DNA of 64,000 bases, filler included, from Octopus bimaculoides (taxonomy: Eukaryota), in the NCBI RefSeq assembly GCF_001194135.2. It is 9 parts of 9 records of this genome, joined end to end, with 100 filler letters (N's around TTAATTAATTAA, not from the genome) between each part and the next. Parts side by side here need not be neighbours in the genome. Positions count along the whole stretch, not along the records: positions 9,267 to 29,124 come from NC_068986.1; positions 29,225 to 34,999 come from NC_068985.1; positions 35,100 to 42,515 come from NC_068983.1; 6 more parts are not named here. One strand, 5' to 3'. Made by a program: the position numbers and the translations under genes. The notes below the pieces were generated by a model. It saw nothing but the letters and a program-made list of their open reading frames with translations. It searched no databases and was not told the origin of the DNA. Shown here in pieces: positions 27,037 through 39,004 of the stretch; the first letter of the stretch is position 1; each line of letters begins with the position of its first letter.

Positions 27037-27723
27037 TTGGCACTGCGCATCTTGTCCGCTGCTCAGAGAGTCCTACTAATCTGGATATACTAAACTTATG
27101 AAAAAAATGTCGAAACGTGGCAAGATGTCTTCAGCTCGAATTGCAGCATTAAGCTTGTATCTAGGCATCCACAACAATAATAGCGGAAGTCTGATGCGAT
27201 CCAATTATTCCCGATTGCTGAAATGATTAAATAATCAATACCTTGTGTTTTTATCCATTGTTAGTGTTCACAAGCTTAAATACACATACTTACATTTATT
27301 CATACACGCAAACTTATATATATATGAACCTAGGTATATGTGCGTGTGTGTTTGTGTGTGTGTGCATCGATATATACATGTATCTGTGTGTATATGCATG
27401 CATTATATGTGCTTATGAATGTGTACGTACGTTATTGCAAGTTACGTGTGTGTGTGTGTGTGTGTGTATGCTTACACATTATATTGTCTATTTGCAACGA
27501 CAAAAAGTACATTGAATGCGTGTAACGCATTTAGAAAATAACGAAAGATGATAGACACATAAATAGAGAGATAAAGAGATAGAGGAGAAAAAACAACAAA
27601 TTAAATAATAAATAAACAAGCACACATATACATACACACACATACACATACACACACATATATATACACTATCCATATCACGTCCTCACTTTGTTTTTTT
27701 GTTTCTTTGTTATTGTGTTTTTG

Positions 27724-27755
<32 letters not shown>

Positions 27756-28098
27756 NNNNNNNNNNNNNNNNNNNNNNNNNNNNNNNNNNNNNNNNNNNNN
27801 NNNNNNNNNNNNNNNNNNNNNNNNNNNNNNNNNNNNNNNNNNNNNNNNNNNNNNNNNNNNNNNNNNNNNNNNNNNNNNNNNNNNNNNNNNNNNNNNNNNN
27901 NNNNNNNNNNNNNNNNNNNNNNNNNNNNNNNNNNNNNNNNNNNNNNNNNNNNNNNNNNNNNNNNNNNNNNNNNNNNNNNNNNNNNNNNNNNNNNNNNNNN
28001 NNNNNNNNNNNNNNNNNNNNNNNTGAACGAGGATATATATAGCTGTGGTTCATTTATGATCGTTAATGAGTCAATAATTACACAAACGTAAATTTCTT

Positions 28099-28130
<32 letters not shown>

Positions 28131-29083
28131 TTTCTTTTCTCCTCCACAAAATCTTTCGTGACATTATATCGCAGAAATGGAGTTTTCTGCCAAAAGCTTT
28201 ATTTTCTTTTCATTACATCTGCAGCTGAACATTTGAACAATCAATTTCCTGTTTCCTCCATTTTCTTTATCCTTTTCTTGCCTCTTCGACATCTTGCTAT
28301 TTTTTTTTTATCTAGTTTGTTTTGTTTGTTTGTTTGTTTTTCTTATACCTTGTTGTTGTTGTTTGTTTGTTTTTTTGCTGTTTGTTTATAAGGTAAACAG
28401 CTATAACTGCCATTTTATTCTGTTAAATTGGAATTACATCTGTAAATGAATTTAGTTTCATATTTATTTTCTCTCACCTATATCTTCAAATCATTCTTCA
28501 TAACGACCACCTCAGGAAAAATACGCGTATTTGTTTATAAACGTATGCACGAGATGCATACACACATGCATGCGTGAATGTATGTATATAGTATGTATGC
28601 ATGTATGTGTATATGTATGTATGCACGAATATGCGCTAATATATACATGTACATGTCCGTACGTACATACGTATGTATATATATGTAATATATGTATATA
28701 TGTATAGATATGGGTATATATGTATGTATTTATGTATAGTGATATGGGTGTACACATGGCTGTGCAGTTAACAAATTTGCTCTAGAAAGATGCAATCTGG
28801 GGTTCGATTTCGCTACATTCCCGAGAGAACAGATGCATGTAAAACTTTTGTAGATGTTGCATCGGTGCCCTGCGAATCTGTATAGATATGTATGCCTCTA
28901 TTGTATTACTTCTTTGCTTCTTTCAGCCTATCGACTGTGGCCATGCTAGGACACTACTATTAATTGGGGTTCGAAGTAAAAGGTGCGTTTGTGCTCACAT
29001 GTATATGTGTATGTGTGTGTGTGCATAAGTGTGTGTGCGCGTGTATGTATGTGTGTATGTGTATATGTTTAAATGCAAGCTTG

Positions 29084-29124
<41 letters not shown>

Positions 29125-29326
29125 NNNNNNNNNNNNNNNNNNNNNNNNNNNNNNNNNNNNNNNNNNNNTTAATTAATTAANNNNNNNNNNNNNNNNNNNN
29201 NNNNNNNNNNNNNNNNNNNNNNNNTGTGTGTGTGTGTGTGTGTATATATGTATATATATATACTAACACACACACAGAGACACACATACATGCATACATA
29301 TATACATACATAGTAGTATCGATCAT

Positions 29327-30160
29327 CAAAGCAGTTTATCATAGACGAATAGCCGGATCACTACCTCCCACTTTGGAGGGTATGCGTTTGCAATCCAGGA
29401 ACAGGAAATATCAACCAAGTATCTGATGCACAAAAGGAATAGAAATGTAGGAAAAGCTGTAAAATCTGACAACCGATGCAGACTTTGTGGAGTGCACACC
29501 GAATATATCACTCACATCATAAGCAGTTGTCTGAAAATGTCATCATGGTATTATCTACCAATGAGACATGGCGTTGCAGCTAGAACAGTCTATGATGAAA
29601 TCCGTCAAAAGGATAATCCCGAGGACAAAGAAATAAAAATCCACAATGTGGTAGAAGTCATAGCCACTGATAATAAAAAGGAATACTGGTAGAATGTCCC
29701 AGTGATTACCTCAATAAAATGCAAGCATAACAGACCTGATATAATGATTTGGGATAGAGAAGAAAAACTGTGCACATAACATAAAGCTGAAGATCAATGA
29801 AAAGGAAAACAACTATACTGAACTATTGAGAAATCTACAGTTACTCTATCCAGATTACAAGTTCAGATTTATACCTGTAACTACTGGGGCTCTGGAATAT
29901 GTAACATACTGCCTAAATACCAATCTTGAGAAATTAGGCTTCTCAAAACCAGAAAGGAGAAAGCTAATTCGAAGACAACAGATCCAATCCATCACTGGAA
30001 CTGTAAAAGTCTGTAAAACTTTTCAGGAGTTTATCGTTTAAATACATATGAGCATGTCTAGATATGTAACTATATGCATGATAATACATGCATAAAACAT
30101 ACAAATCTGCACATACATACATACCTACATACATACATACATACATACATACATACATAC
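29327..30160 (+). mobile_element. 5'-truncated R4/Dong-like RLE LINE (CCHC knuckle plus restriction-like endonuclease), ending in (CATA)n
   Basis: CRLCGVHTEYITHIISSC...RH, HNRPDIMIWD, YPDYKFRFIPVTTGALEYV; stops and frameshifts present. Confidence 0.85.
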
Positions 30161-30162
30161 AT

Positions 30163-30425
30163 GGCATCACGGTATCGACCAGACTATCAGATGTTGTTAT
30201 ACATCGCTGGTCATGATGCACTTCGCATCGTTTTACTTTCGAATGATGTCTCCCTGCTGGCAAGGTGTAGTCGGTCGTAGGGTCACTCATTTATAACTGA
30301 ATAGAGTTTAGCAACGTGAAATGAAGTGTTTTGCTCAAGAACACAACGCGCAGCCGGTCTGAGAATCGAAACCACGACCTCGTGATCATGAGTGCAACAC
30401 ATCTAACTACGAGTCCATGCCGCCC
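30163..30425 (-). mobile_element. SINE: CORE-like head C plus a third tail type
   Basis: Head GCAACGTGAAATGAAGTGTTTTGCTCAAGAACACAACG (30311-30348) joined to a tail (30163-30285) unrelated to tail 1. Confidence 0.65.
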
Positions 30426-30749
30426 GCGACGGAATAACTTTTCGATCAGGGGGAGTGCTGGCCTTTTCGCCAAGCCCGCATCATTCGAAAACTATCGTAA
30501 TCATCAGATACTTTGCTCGAAAACTGGTGATCTCAGCCATTTTTTCTCTGCCTTTAGATCCCTTTTATTTCTAATTTTCTTCAGGTGGCCTCCCCACCAC
30601 CGCCAATCATAGCCATTCGACGTTTAATGACTAGTTTTATAAAGACTTTTTCTCAAAATTCTTATTTTGCTTTTCACCCATTAACTTGTGTAGTTTGAAA
30701 CTGTGTGAAATGTTAAAGAAACCTAGCTGTTTCTTGCAATAAAAAAAAA

Positions 30750-31053
30750 ACGTCGCCCTTTCAAAGCCTAACCAGGTTTCCCGGTTTCCCGGTTTCTATG
30801 GCGTATGTGTTCCCCCCAGCTGGACGGGACGCCAGTCCATCGCAGCGTTACTCAAGAAACAGGAAGAAATAGAGAGAGAGAGAAAGTTAGGGCGAAAGAG
30901 TACAACAGGGGTCGCCACCACCTCCTGCCGGAGCCTCGTGGAGCTTTAGGTGTTTTCACTCAATAAACACACACAACACCCGGTCTGGGAACCGAAACTG
31001 CGATCCTCCGACCGCGAATCCGCTGCCCTAACCACTGGGCCATTGCGCCTCCA
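30750..31053 (-). mobile_element. SINE: full tRNA head/body D plus V-domain-like tail
   Basis: TGGAGGCGCAATGGCCCAGTGGTTAGGGCAGCGG...; CTGCGATGGACTGGCGTCCCGTCCAG; ends in (GAAACCGG)2. Confidence 0.8.
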
Positions 31054-31859
31054 CTCTTGCAATAAATACCAATACATAAATCTAACGCAACATTTTTCAG
31101 GGACCCCAATTTACTCTTTTGCTGCGTGGACTCCCAAATTTCTTATATGGATCACCGTTGAGAACCGCTACTCTAAAATGTGAGTATGTTGGGTTCTAAC
31201 AACTGGTTATTAGTATGGCTATGCCTGAGCAAAATCATAGTACATGTGTGTGCGTGTATGTGTGTACGTGTGTGCGTATGTGTGCGTGTCTTTTATGTCA
31301 TTTATGATTGAAGTCATTGTATTATAATACTATATCAATAGTATTTAATCTTCTCATATTTCAACAATTCTATATCACCTTTCACTCTTATTGTCAACTC
31401 GAACATTTACAAACGTGTCGAAGCGAAACACACAACTACAACATATCTACATGTCTAACTTTATTTATGAGTTAGCGGAGATAAACAAATACAACACACA
31501 TCTATACACACCTACATACATACACACACACACGCACACACACACACACACACACACATATGCGTATACATATGAGTGTGTGTGTGTGTGTGTGTGCGTC
31601 TTTGTCAGGATGTCTATATTTCACAAGCGATCTATTAAATAAAACTTTCCTGTCAAATTGTTGACGCGTCAATGAGAACCTCAACAATAGTTTCAAGTAA
31701 AATCTATATCCAGGGCTTATATTTTAAAGATTTATAAGGATTAACTCGAATTATTTGTCCATCCTAAATATTTCTAACACTTACAGTTTTATAATGAATG
31801 TTCGTTTAGGGAAGATGTTTCTGTTACACTATATTGCAACAATTTGTATGTGTGTCTTG

Positions 31860-32565
31860 TCGCCATATTTATCTATTCCTTGTATCTCTTTTGCTCTCTG
31901 TCTCTCTTCATCTTTCTCCTTTCTTTTCCGTCCCCCATTCTCTGCTTCTTCTCCCTCACTTTGCACCCCTCTCTCTTCCTCGCTCTCTCTCTCTCTCTCT
32001 CTCTTTAATCTCTGTTTTATCTTCTCCCCTCTCTCTTTCTCTCTTTTTCTCTCCTTCCCCCTCTCTTCCTTTCTCTCTCCCTTTTGCTCCTTCTTTCTCT
32101 CTCTCTCTCTGTCTGTCTCTCTCTCTCTCTCTCTCTTCCTCTATCTTTCTGCTTTCTTTCACTCTCTCTTCCTCTCTCTGTTTATCTTCTCCCTTCTCTC
32201 TTTCTCTCTTTTTTTCTCTCCTTCCCCCTCTCTCCCTATCTCTCCCTCTTTCTCCTTTCTCTTTCTCCCTTCCAACCCTTCTTTCTCTCTCTCTTTCTTC
32301 CTCTCTCTTTCTTCTTTCTGTTCCACTCTCTCTTTCTCTCTTTCTCACTCTTTCTCTCTCCCTGTTTATCTTCTCCCCTCTCTCATTCTCTCTCTTTTTT
32401 TCTCCTTCCCTCTCTCTTCTCGCTCCTTCTTCTTCTCTCTCTATTTCACCTTCCGTCTATCTTCTTTTCATGCTCTCCTGCTCTATGTGGCTCTCTATCT
32501 CTTGCACACTCTGTCTCCTCTTTCTCTCTTAATCCATCAATTTATCTCTCTCATCTCTCCTCCCC

Positions 32566-32603
<38 letters not shown>

Positions 32604-32680
32604 TTCTCTCGCTCTCTTGTTCACCTTTTCTCTACAACCGGCTCTATCTCTTCCCATCTCTCCCCACCACACACCTGTTT
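31860..32680. repeat. About 820-bp degenerate polypyrimidine (CT-rich) tract
   Basis: Direct reading; explains the Ser/Leu/Phe pseudo-ORFs. Confidence 0.95.
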
Positions 32681-32916
32681 CTTAAAGCATACCTGTCATT
32701 TATGATTAAAATCATTGTATTATAATATATCCACAGTATTTAATCTTCTCATATTTTAACAATTTCATATCGGCTTTCTCTCTCCCGACTGTCAACCTGA
32801 GGATTTACAAATGTCTCGAAGCGAAGCAACAGCTTTAAAATGTCTACGTGTCTAGCTTTATTTATGGGTGTTTTTAGACAAATACTGCCACACACAGAGA
32901 GAAGTGAGAAGGCGGG

Positions 32917-32963
<47 letters not shown>

Positions 32964-33441
32964 GCAAGAGAAAGAGTGGCATATATAAGGAAAGATAGAG
33001 AAAGAATTTGGATAGCTAAGCCCACAGAGTATTTGAAATGTGGCTCGGGAGTCGGCAGTTCGTATCTGCTCACTGGTATTGTGTTAAGTTCTTGGGTCAT
33101 CCGTAAATTATATTTGCCCTGGTTGAAAGAACATGGGTGAATCTTCGCCAGTGCAGACCACCACCGGACCCCGAAAGGGCAAAGAAAACAAAGTTGTCCT
33201 CGGCAAGATTTGAATGCAGTACGCTTAGAGTCAGAGAAATACAATAACGGCTCCGTCAAAATGCTGTTGATGAAAGCTCGCCTCACGAAATAGAAACTTA
33301 GTTTTTTCTAGCAGTAACAGCCAAATGTCATCGAGTTCCAGATCAGCCTCATCAGTCCCATGCATAATACCCATAGTGTTGGCTGTCGAGTGTCTAATAT
33401 TGAGATGAGTTTGTAGAGTGTTTCGATAAATTTGATGATTG

Positions 33442-33985
33442 GGATCTTTTTTAAAACGGGGGCCACATTTTTCATTAATGTTTTACGTAGTGTTTTTGGT
33501 ACCGAAAGACTTTCAAACTTCGTATACTTATCTATTTTGTGTTATAGAACAGAAAAATATTTTTGTATTCGAATTTATTTCATGTCAAAAATTGTCTTAT
33601 TTCGATAATTTCAACCAATCACTGACAAGTATTCAGTTGTTTACATTTACTCCTTTGGCTGATTAAGCCATAGCTTCGTTTTATTTGCTTTTTTCTTTTT
33701 AAATTTGCTGTTTTACCCTAACCCTAACCCTAACCCCGATAGAATTGTTTCAGAATCGTTTGTTTATGTAGTCGGCACTTAATGTATATCGGCTGAATGG
33801 ACGTCAGTGATTGGTTGAAATTACAGAAATACGACAACTTTAACATGGAATAACTTAGGGATTTCTTTTTTTTTTTTTAAGAAGACTAAGAGAAAAAGAT
33901 GTTTTATATGACACATTCTACCAGTGTTCCAAGTTTCAAAGTGTTTCGTTAATGAAAAATGTGGCCCCCGTTTTAAAAAAGATCC
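33442..33985. mobile_element. Non-autonomous DNA transposon (MITE): ~36-bp TIRs starting GG, 8-bp TSD GATGATTG, internal 21-bp inverted repeat and (CCCTAA)3
   Basis: TIR GGATCTTTTTAAAACGGGGGCCACATTTTTCATTAA at both ends; TSD at 33434-33441 and 33986-33993; GG termini with an 8-bp TSD suggest Merlin-like (inference). Confidence 0.9.
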
Positions 33986-34039
33986 GATGATTGTAAGCAG
34001 AAAGTTTATAACTGTAAGAAGAAAGTTCGCCCACATATA

Positions 34040-34945
34040 ATGCTTAAATATTTGTTAGCTCACATCAGTAATACGATATCTAATCTCTCCTCTTCTAAAG
34101 AAATATTTGATGAAGCAGTCTCCTACTATAACAATGCCTAGCTGACAGTAGCTTCAAAGCTAAGATATATTATAACTATTCAAGTAAAAATATGAATCCT
34201 AAAAATAGACTTAGGAAAATGATATCACACACACGCCTTTCTCCGTAAATGCTAAGACTAATGTAGGCAAGAAATTCCGGTCTCTTTTACATAAGCACTT
34301 CCAAGTAAACCATAAGTACATGAAAACTTTTAATAAACACGCAGTTCAAATATCATACGGCTGCTGCCCAGTATTAAGAACATTGTCACGCATAGGCATC
34401 ACCAAGAGCCCAGTTGTAACTGTGGAGATCCTGAAGCTTACCCACTTGACCAGGTGTTTATGATAAATTCCGTCTTCTATGAAGCAGAAGTCACAGCTAC
34501 GCTTCAAGATAACCTAACAGAAAAGAAAAATTACATCGGTTCATGCAAAGGCGATTTCAAAAGATGTTATGCAAGCCACCAGTCTTCTTTCGGCACATCG
34601 ACAAAAGTAAAGCCACTAAGTTGGTGAGCCACGTAACTGGGTTTGTAGTCAATCAGAGATCTGCTTTGTTAGAGTTTGCAGTGCTGATCTTGTTAAATTT
34701 CTTCCACTCACGTGATGTATTTCAAATTTTTATCCGAATATCATACCAAAGATGTAGTTTTACATATACTGATGGCCAAAATCGCATTCATTTTTTCCTA
34801 GAAATTAAATAATAAAGAAGTTACGTCAGAGTAGAAAATTTGAAAAAAGTCTGGCCAAAATTTAAAATACTTCAAGTGGTTGGAAGAATTTTTGCAAGAT
34901 CCGACGATCACATCGAAATAAAATCCTGACTTTTAGAACAGCAAT
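34040..34945 (+). mobile_element. Decayed Penelope-like element, second lineage (RT C-terminus/linker plus GIY-YIG)
   Basis: Across frameshifts: NLSSSKEIFDEA..YYNNA; KNRLRK; KTNVGKKF...KHF; CNC.DP...PL; VFYEAEV; NYIGSCKGDFK; ATKL.SH; ~160-bp interruption near 34645-34805. Confidence 0.75.
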
Positions 34946-35223
34946 CGATTTTTTTTAAATAACCATAACCACCACTACCATAATGACTGCAGTAACAATN
35001 NNNNNNNNNNNNNNNNNNNNNNNNNNNNNNNNNNNNNNNNNNNTTAATTAATTAANNNNNNNNNNNNNNNNNNNNNNNNNNNNNNNNNNNNNNNNNNNNT
35101 TTAATCGAAAGAATCGACACGTGGTCATATTTTTTGTAAGCTTGGTACTCACCAACATCGATTGTGAAGCGTTGGTGGGGTAGAAACACACAGTGACACA
35201 TATATAAATATACATACATACAT

Positions 35224-35267
<44 letters not shown>

Positions 35268-35386
35268 ACGACGGTCTTCTTTCAGTTTCCGTCTACCAAA
35301 TCCACTCACAAGCACTTGCCCAAGATGCCACCCAGTGGGACTGAACCCGGAACCGTGTTGCTCGGAAGCAAGCTTCTTACCACACA
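35268..35386 (-). mobile_element. SINE family A with internal deletion
   Basis: CGACGGTCTTCTTTCAGTTTCCGTCTACCAAATCCACTCACAAG|CACTTGCCCAAG. Confidence 0.8.
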
Positions 35387-35514
35387 AACAAACTTCCAAC
35401 TGACAGTACTATGCTATCTCTCTCTATATATAAATTCGTACATTTATATAAACAAGTATATCACTAATTCCACTACAGTATAAATATCACAGTGGGATAA
35501 TAAATGGGCAAACG

Positions 35515-35720
35515 AAGGCAGTAAGCTGGCAAAAACTTTAGCATGCCGGGCGAAATGCTTAACGGTATGCCGTCTGTCTTTACGGTTTGAGCTCAAATTC
35601 CACCGAGGTCGACTCTGCCTTTCATCCTATTGAGATCGATAAATTAAGTACCAGCTGCATACTGAGGTTGTTCTAATCGATTGGCCTCCCCACAAAAAAT
35701 TTTGGCCTTTGTGAATTTTG
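35515..35720 (+). mobile_element. SINE family B (tail B2)
   Basis: AAGGCAGTAAGCTGGCA...GAGGTCGACTCTGCCTTTCATCC...AAGTACCAG. Confidence 0.8.
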
Positions 35721-36229
35721 TTAAAGGCATTTGATAAAAATAGTTTAGGGTTGAATAGTATGAAAAATAAGATGTATACAGAAAATAGTTAAACAGGTTA
35801 CATTAATTCGAAAGATGATCATCAAATGCCAAATGTAAACTAAATATCAACTGAGTGAGTAACGTTCCAATACCTTATTTATAAGCTCCCTTTGAACTTT
35901 GTAAAACAAGGAAGGTTTGAAGAATTTTATATTGCAACTAATTAGAACGCTGTTTCTTTTGTTTAAGTGTTTATCGTCTGCTAGTATTATTTAAACGATT
36001 TATATTTGCATAATCGACATTACCATCCGTCACATCTATCGAAGTCTCTGAAACTAATTATCTATGACCTGAAAAACCACTCCCATGTTGAAGTAACCGA
36101 TAACATTATTCAGACAGTTAATAATTATAGTAACAATAACGACAGCAACAACATCAATAACAACATCAATAACAACAACAACAACAACACCAAGAACAGC
36201 AGCAGCAGCAGCACCAGTACTGGTAGATA

Positions 36230-36282
<53 letters not shown>

Positions 36283-36440
36283 GTAGTTGTTGTTGTTGTT
36301 GTTGTTGTCATAGCAGTAGTAGTAGTNNNNNNNNNNNNNNNNNNNNNNNNNNNNNNNNNNNNNNNNNNNNNNNNNNNNNNNNNNNNNNNNNNNNNNNNNN
36401 NNNNNNNNNNNNNNNNNNNNNNNNNNNNNNNNGGTAGATA

Positions 36441-36493
<53 letters not shown>

Positions 36494-36554
36494 GTAGTTG
36501 TTGTTGTTGTTGTTGTTGTCATAGCAGTAGTAGTAGTAATAGCATTAGTAGTAG

Positions 36555-37595
36555 TACGCATCAAGAGAAATATAAAGGAAACGGGAAGAGAGTGCCTAGT
36601 AATGTTGTTGCACAATGTTTGCCTACTTGGCACGTCTAGTATCATCAATTACATATTAATGGTGAACAATAACAGAGAGCGTCGTACTGTAGACTGCCTG
36701 GTAGCAAGCCCGCTAGGCATGCAAGTCTTCCAGAGTTACAACAAATCCTAAGATAAAAAGATAAATAATAAGAAAAAACTGGGAGGAAAAGAAATGGTAA
36801 AGGAAAGAAAAAATGTACGGTCAGGTAGCAAGTGATACGGACACCAAGACAGTTAAAGAGGACCGCTGGGTATGAAAGCGGAGGTGTGACCTGAAGATAG
36901 AGAACGCGCGACACAAGAACAAGCATTAAGGAGGAAATATGTTAAGAGAACTGACAACTGAGAGCGACAAACGCAGAATGTGTGGTGAGATATGTAAAAT
37001 GATATAGCACATGACAATGCTCGAAATTGGCACAGCGCGAATGCAAAAGACGATAAGTTAATGAGGAAAGAGTGATTCACTGGGAGCTTCTACAAAAACC
37101 AAAGACATGGTATTACCAAATATCAGAAGCAGATACTGAGGATGAAAACTTTAAAAAGAATGTAGGATGTAATGGGTCAGTGTAGACATGAAATCAGATA
37201 TCGGAAACCTGACATTGTTGTGGTGAAGAAATATGAAATAACTTAAATAATAATCGACATAGCAATCCCGGTAACAACATCATCTAAGAAAAAGAAGTCT
37301 ATAGAACAACTATGATTATTTGAAGTGGAAAATACGAGAGTTACGCAGATTGTGAGCAATGAAGAGAGTGGACTTGATACCAATAGTAACTGGCGCACTT
37401 GGAAGTATCAGCCGTCAACTATCAACATGGATTTAAATGATTGGTACGAATGTAAAGATAGAACACCAACGAAAATCATCATTACTTGCTACTGTAAGAG
37501 TTCTCTAAGGGGTTTTTGAAGTCTTATCAGTAAAGAAATGTCACCATAGTCTACTGTGGACTGCTGACACTTTCCATCATACACAGCAAAACAAT
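36555..37595 (+). mobile_element. Decayed R4/Dong-like RLE LINE 3' portion
   Basis: KKMYGQV, QEQAL, CECxKLAQRE, RKPDIVVVK...IIDIAIP, LIPIVTGALGS motifs across broken frames. Confidence 0.75.
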
Positions 37596-37681
37596 ACAGT
37601 TCTGTATATAAGAGATGAAGTATTATATACATTATTTACATTGCATTATTTACAATTGACGGATATTTGTCCTCATCTTGC

Positions 37682-37717
37682 TTCGGCTGATATACCTTCC
37701 AGCCTTCATCGAGTGTC
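37682..37717 (-). ncRNA. Degenerate PLE-type hammerhead ribozyme motif (copy 1; stem III/I partner deleted)
   Basis: GACACTCGATGAAGGCTGGAAGGTATATCAGCCGAAG: stem II GGCTG/CAGCC intact, core mutated. Confidence 0.6.
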
Positions 37718-37800
37718 TTGAGAAAATTTCGAACCTGGGTTGTCATTCATAAGGTATTTTTGGATGTTGTTATTATTATTGTTATTATTAATATCTTTCA

Positions 37801-37873
37801 TGTCACTGCCTGGAATCGAACTCGGAATCTTAGGGTCATAAGCCCGCGCTCTTAACCACTACGCCATATGCCC
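37801..37873 (-). promoter_or_regulatory. tRNA-like internal Pol III promoter in the PLE 3' terminal region
   Basis: GGGCATATGGCGTAGTGGTTAAGAGCGCGGGCTTATGACCCTAAGATTCCGAGTTCGATTCCAGGCAGTGACA: A-box TGGCGTAGTGG, B-box GAGTTCGATTCC, anticodon-like stem GGG-CTTATGA-CCC. Confidence 0.8.
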
Positions 37874-38980
37874 GTGAGCAATTATGGAGTGAACTTTAGG
37901 GCTTATAAACCTAGTATTCTCCTATCTTTCCTTAATACCGGTTCCCATATGCTTTCCATATCTATACTCTGTCTACTTAGGAAGTTGTATCCTAGCATAA
38001 GTGCTGCTTCTTTTAGTTTTCGTATTTTCCAGTGGTGTTTTCTGTCTAGTATTTTAACTTCATCCCACAGGGGGTGGTGGTCTCCATTTTTCCATGCATG
38101 ATAAGCTATACCCGATTTATCAATATCTCCTCTGTCACAGCTTTGCGAAGTTCCTCTACTTTTATTTTGAGTGGGTGACATGTTTCGCCTTTGTATATCC
38201 TACCACAGCTCATGGGATGGAGTACTCGCATTTCCTATTCATATTGTCTTCTACTAGTGGTTTTACTCGAAGGAGATATTTGCGAAGTGTTGTATTACTT
38301 TGAATACTGTCGTGATGTCATATGGGCCGCATATCTGTTTGTATCTTTTCGAAGAGGCCTTACACATAGGGTAGACATACTATAGACATTTTATTGGTTT
38401 CATCCTCTCTTTTCTTCCTAACTGGAGGGGAGAGTATGCTTTTGGGGTAGTTGTTTCTCAAAAGATTGTTACTGAGCTTCATTATTTCTTCGTGATGGGT
38501 ATCAAGATCGATACTTTTATTCATTTCTCGATGTTTTAGGCACTGAGCAAACCCTCTCTTTGCACTGTATGGTTGTTGGGAGTTGAAGTTCAGGCATCGT
38601 CCAGTGAAGGTCGCCTTGCGGTATACGGATGTCCTGAATGCATACTTGGTGCGTGTTATCAATACGTCCAGGAATACTAGCTGATTGTCTTTATCTTTTT
38701 CCATTGTAAACTGTATGGATGTCTTTATTGAGTTCACATGATGTAACAGCACTTGGACAGTTCCTGGTGGGGCCAGAGTATGAAGATTTCATCAACATGT
38801 CGCAGGTTGGTTTTAGTGGTGTTGATCCTAAACCAAATTATCAAAATATTCCATGTGTATATTGGCTATTATCGGTGATAATGGCGAACCCATAGCAAAA
38901 CCCCCTTGTCGATATATATATATATCAGCGTCCATACTGAAGTAGGTAGTTGCTACACAGAAGATGAACATTTCCATCAA

Positions 38981-39004
38981 GTTGGATTCCAGGCAGTGAC
39001 CTGG

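Larger units (their letters stand above)
37597..38980 (-). mobile_element. 5'-truncated Penelope-like element (RT plus C-terminal GIY-YIG) with 3' terminal repeat region
   Basis: RT: QGGFAMGSPLSPIIANIHME, FLDVLITR...VYRKATFTGRCLNFNS; EN: YSIP/SCGRIYKGET, SGIAYHAW...WDEVKILDR...RKLKEA; stop at 37903-37905; frameshifted. Confidence 0.92.

Noticed and set aside
31755-32725. 316-aa and 232-aa hydrophobic Ser/Leu/Phe ORFs resembling membrane proteins
   Set aside because: A by-product of the CT-rich tract, which cannot encode stops.
36222-36530. Duplicated GGTAGATAT(AGT)n block
   Set aside because: Also straddles a gap; probable assembly overlap.
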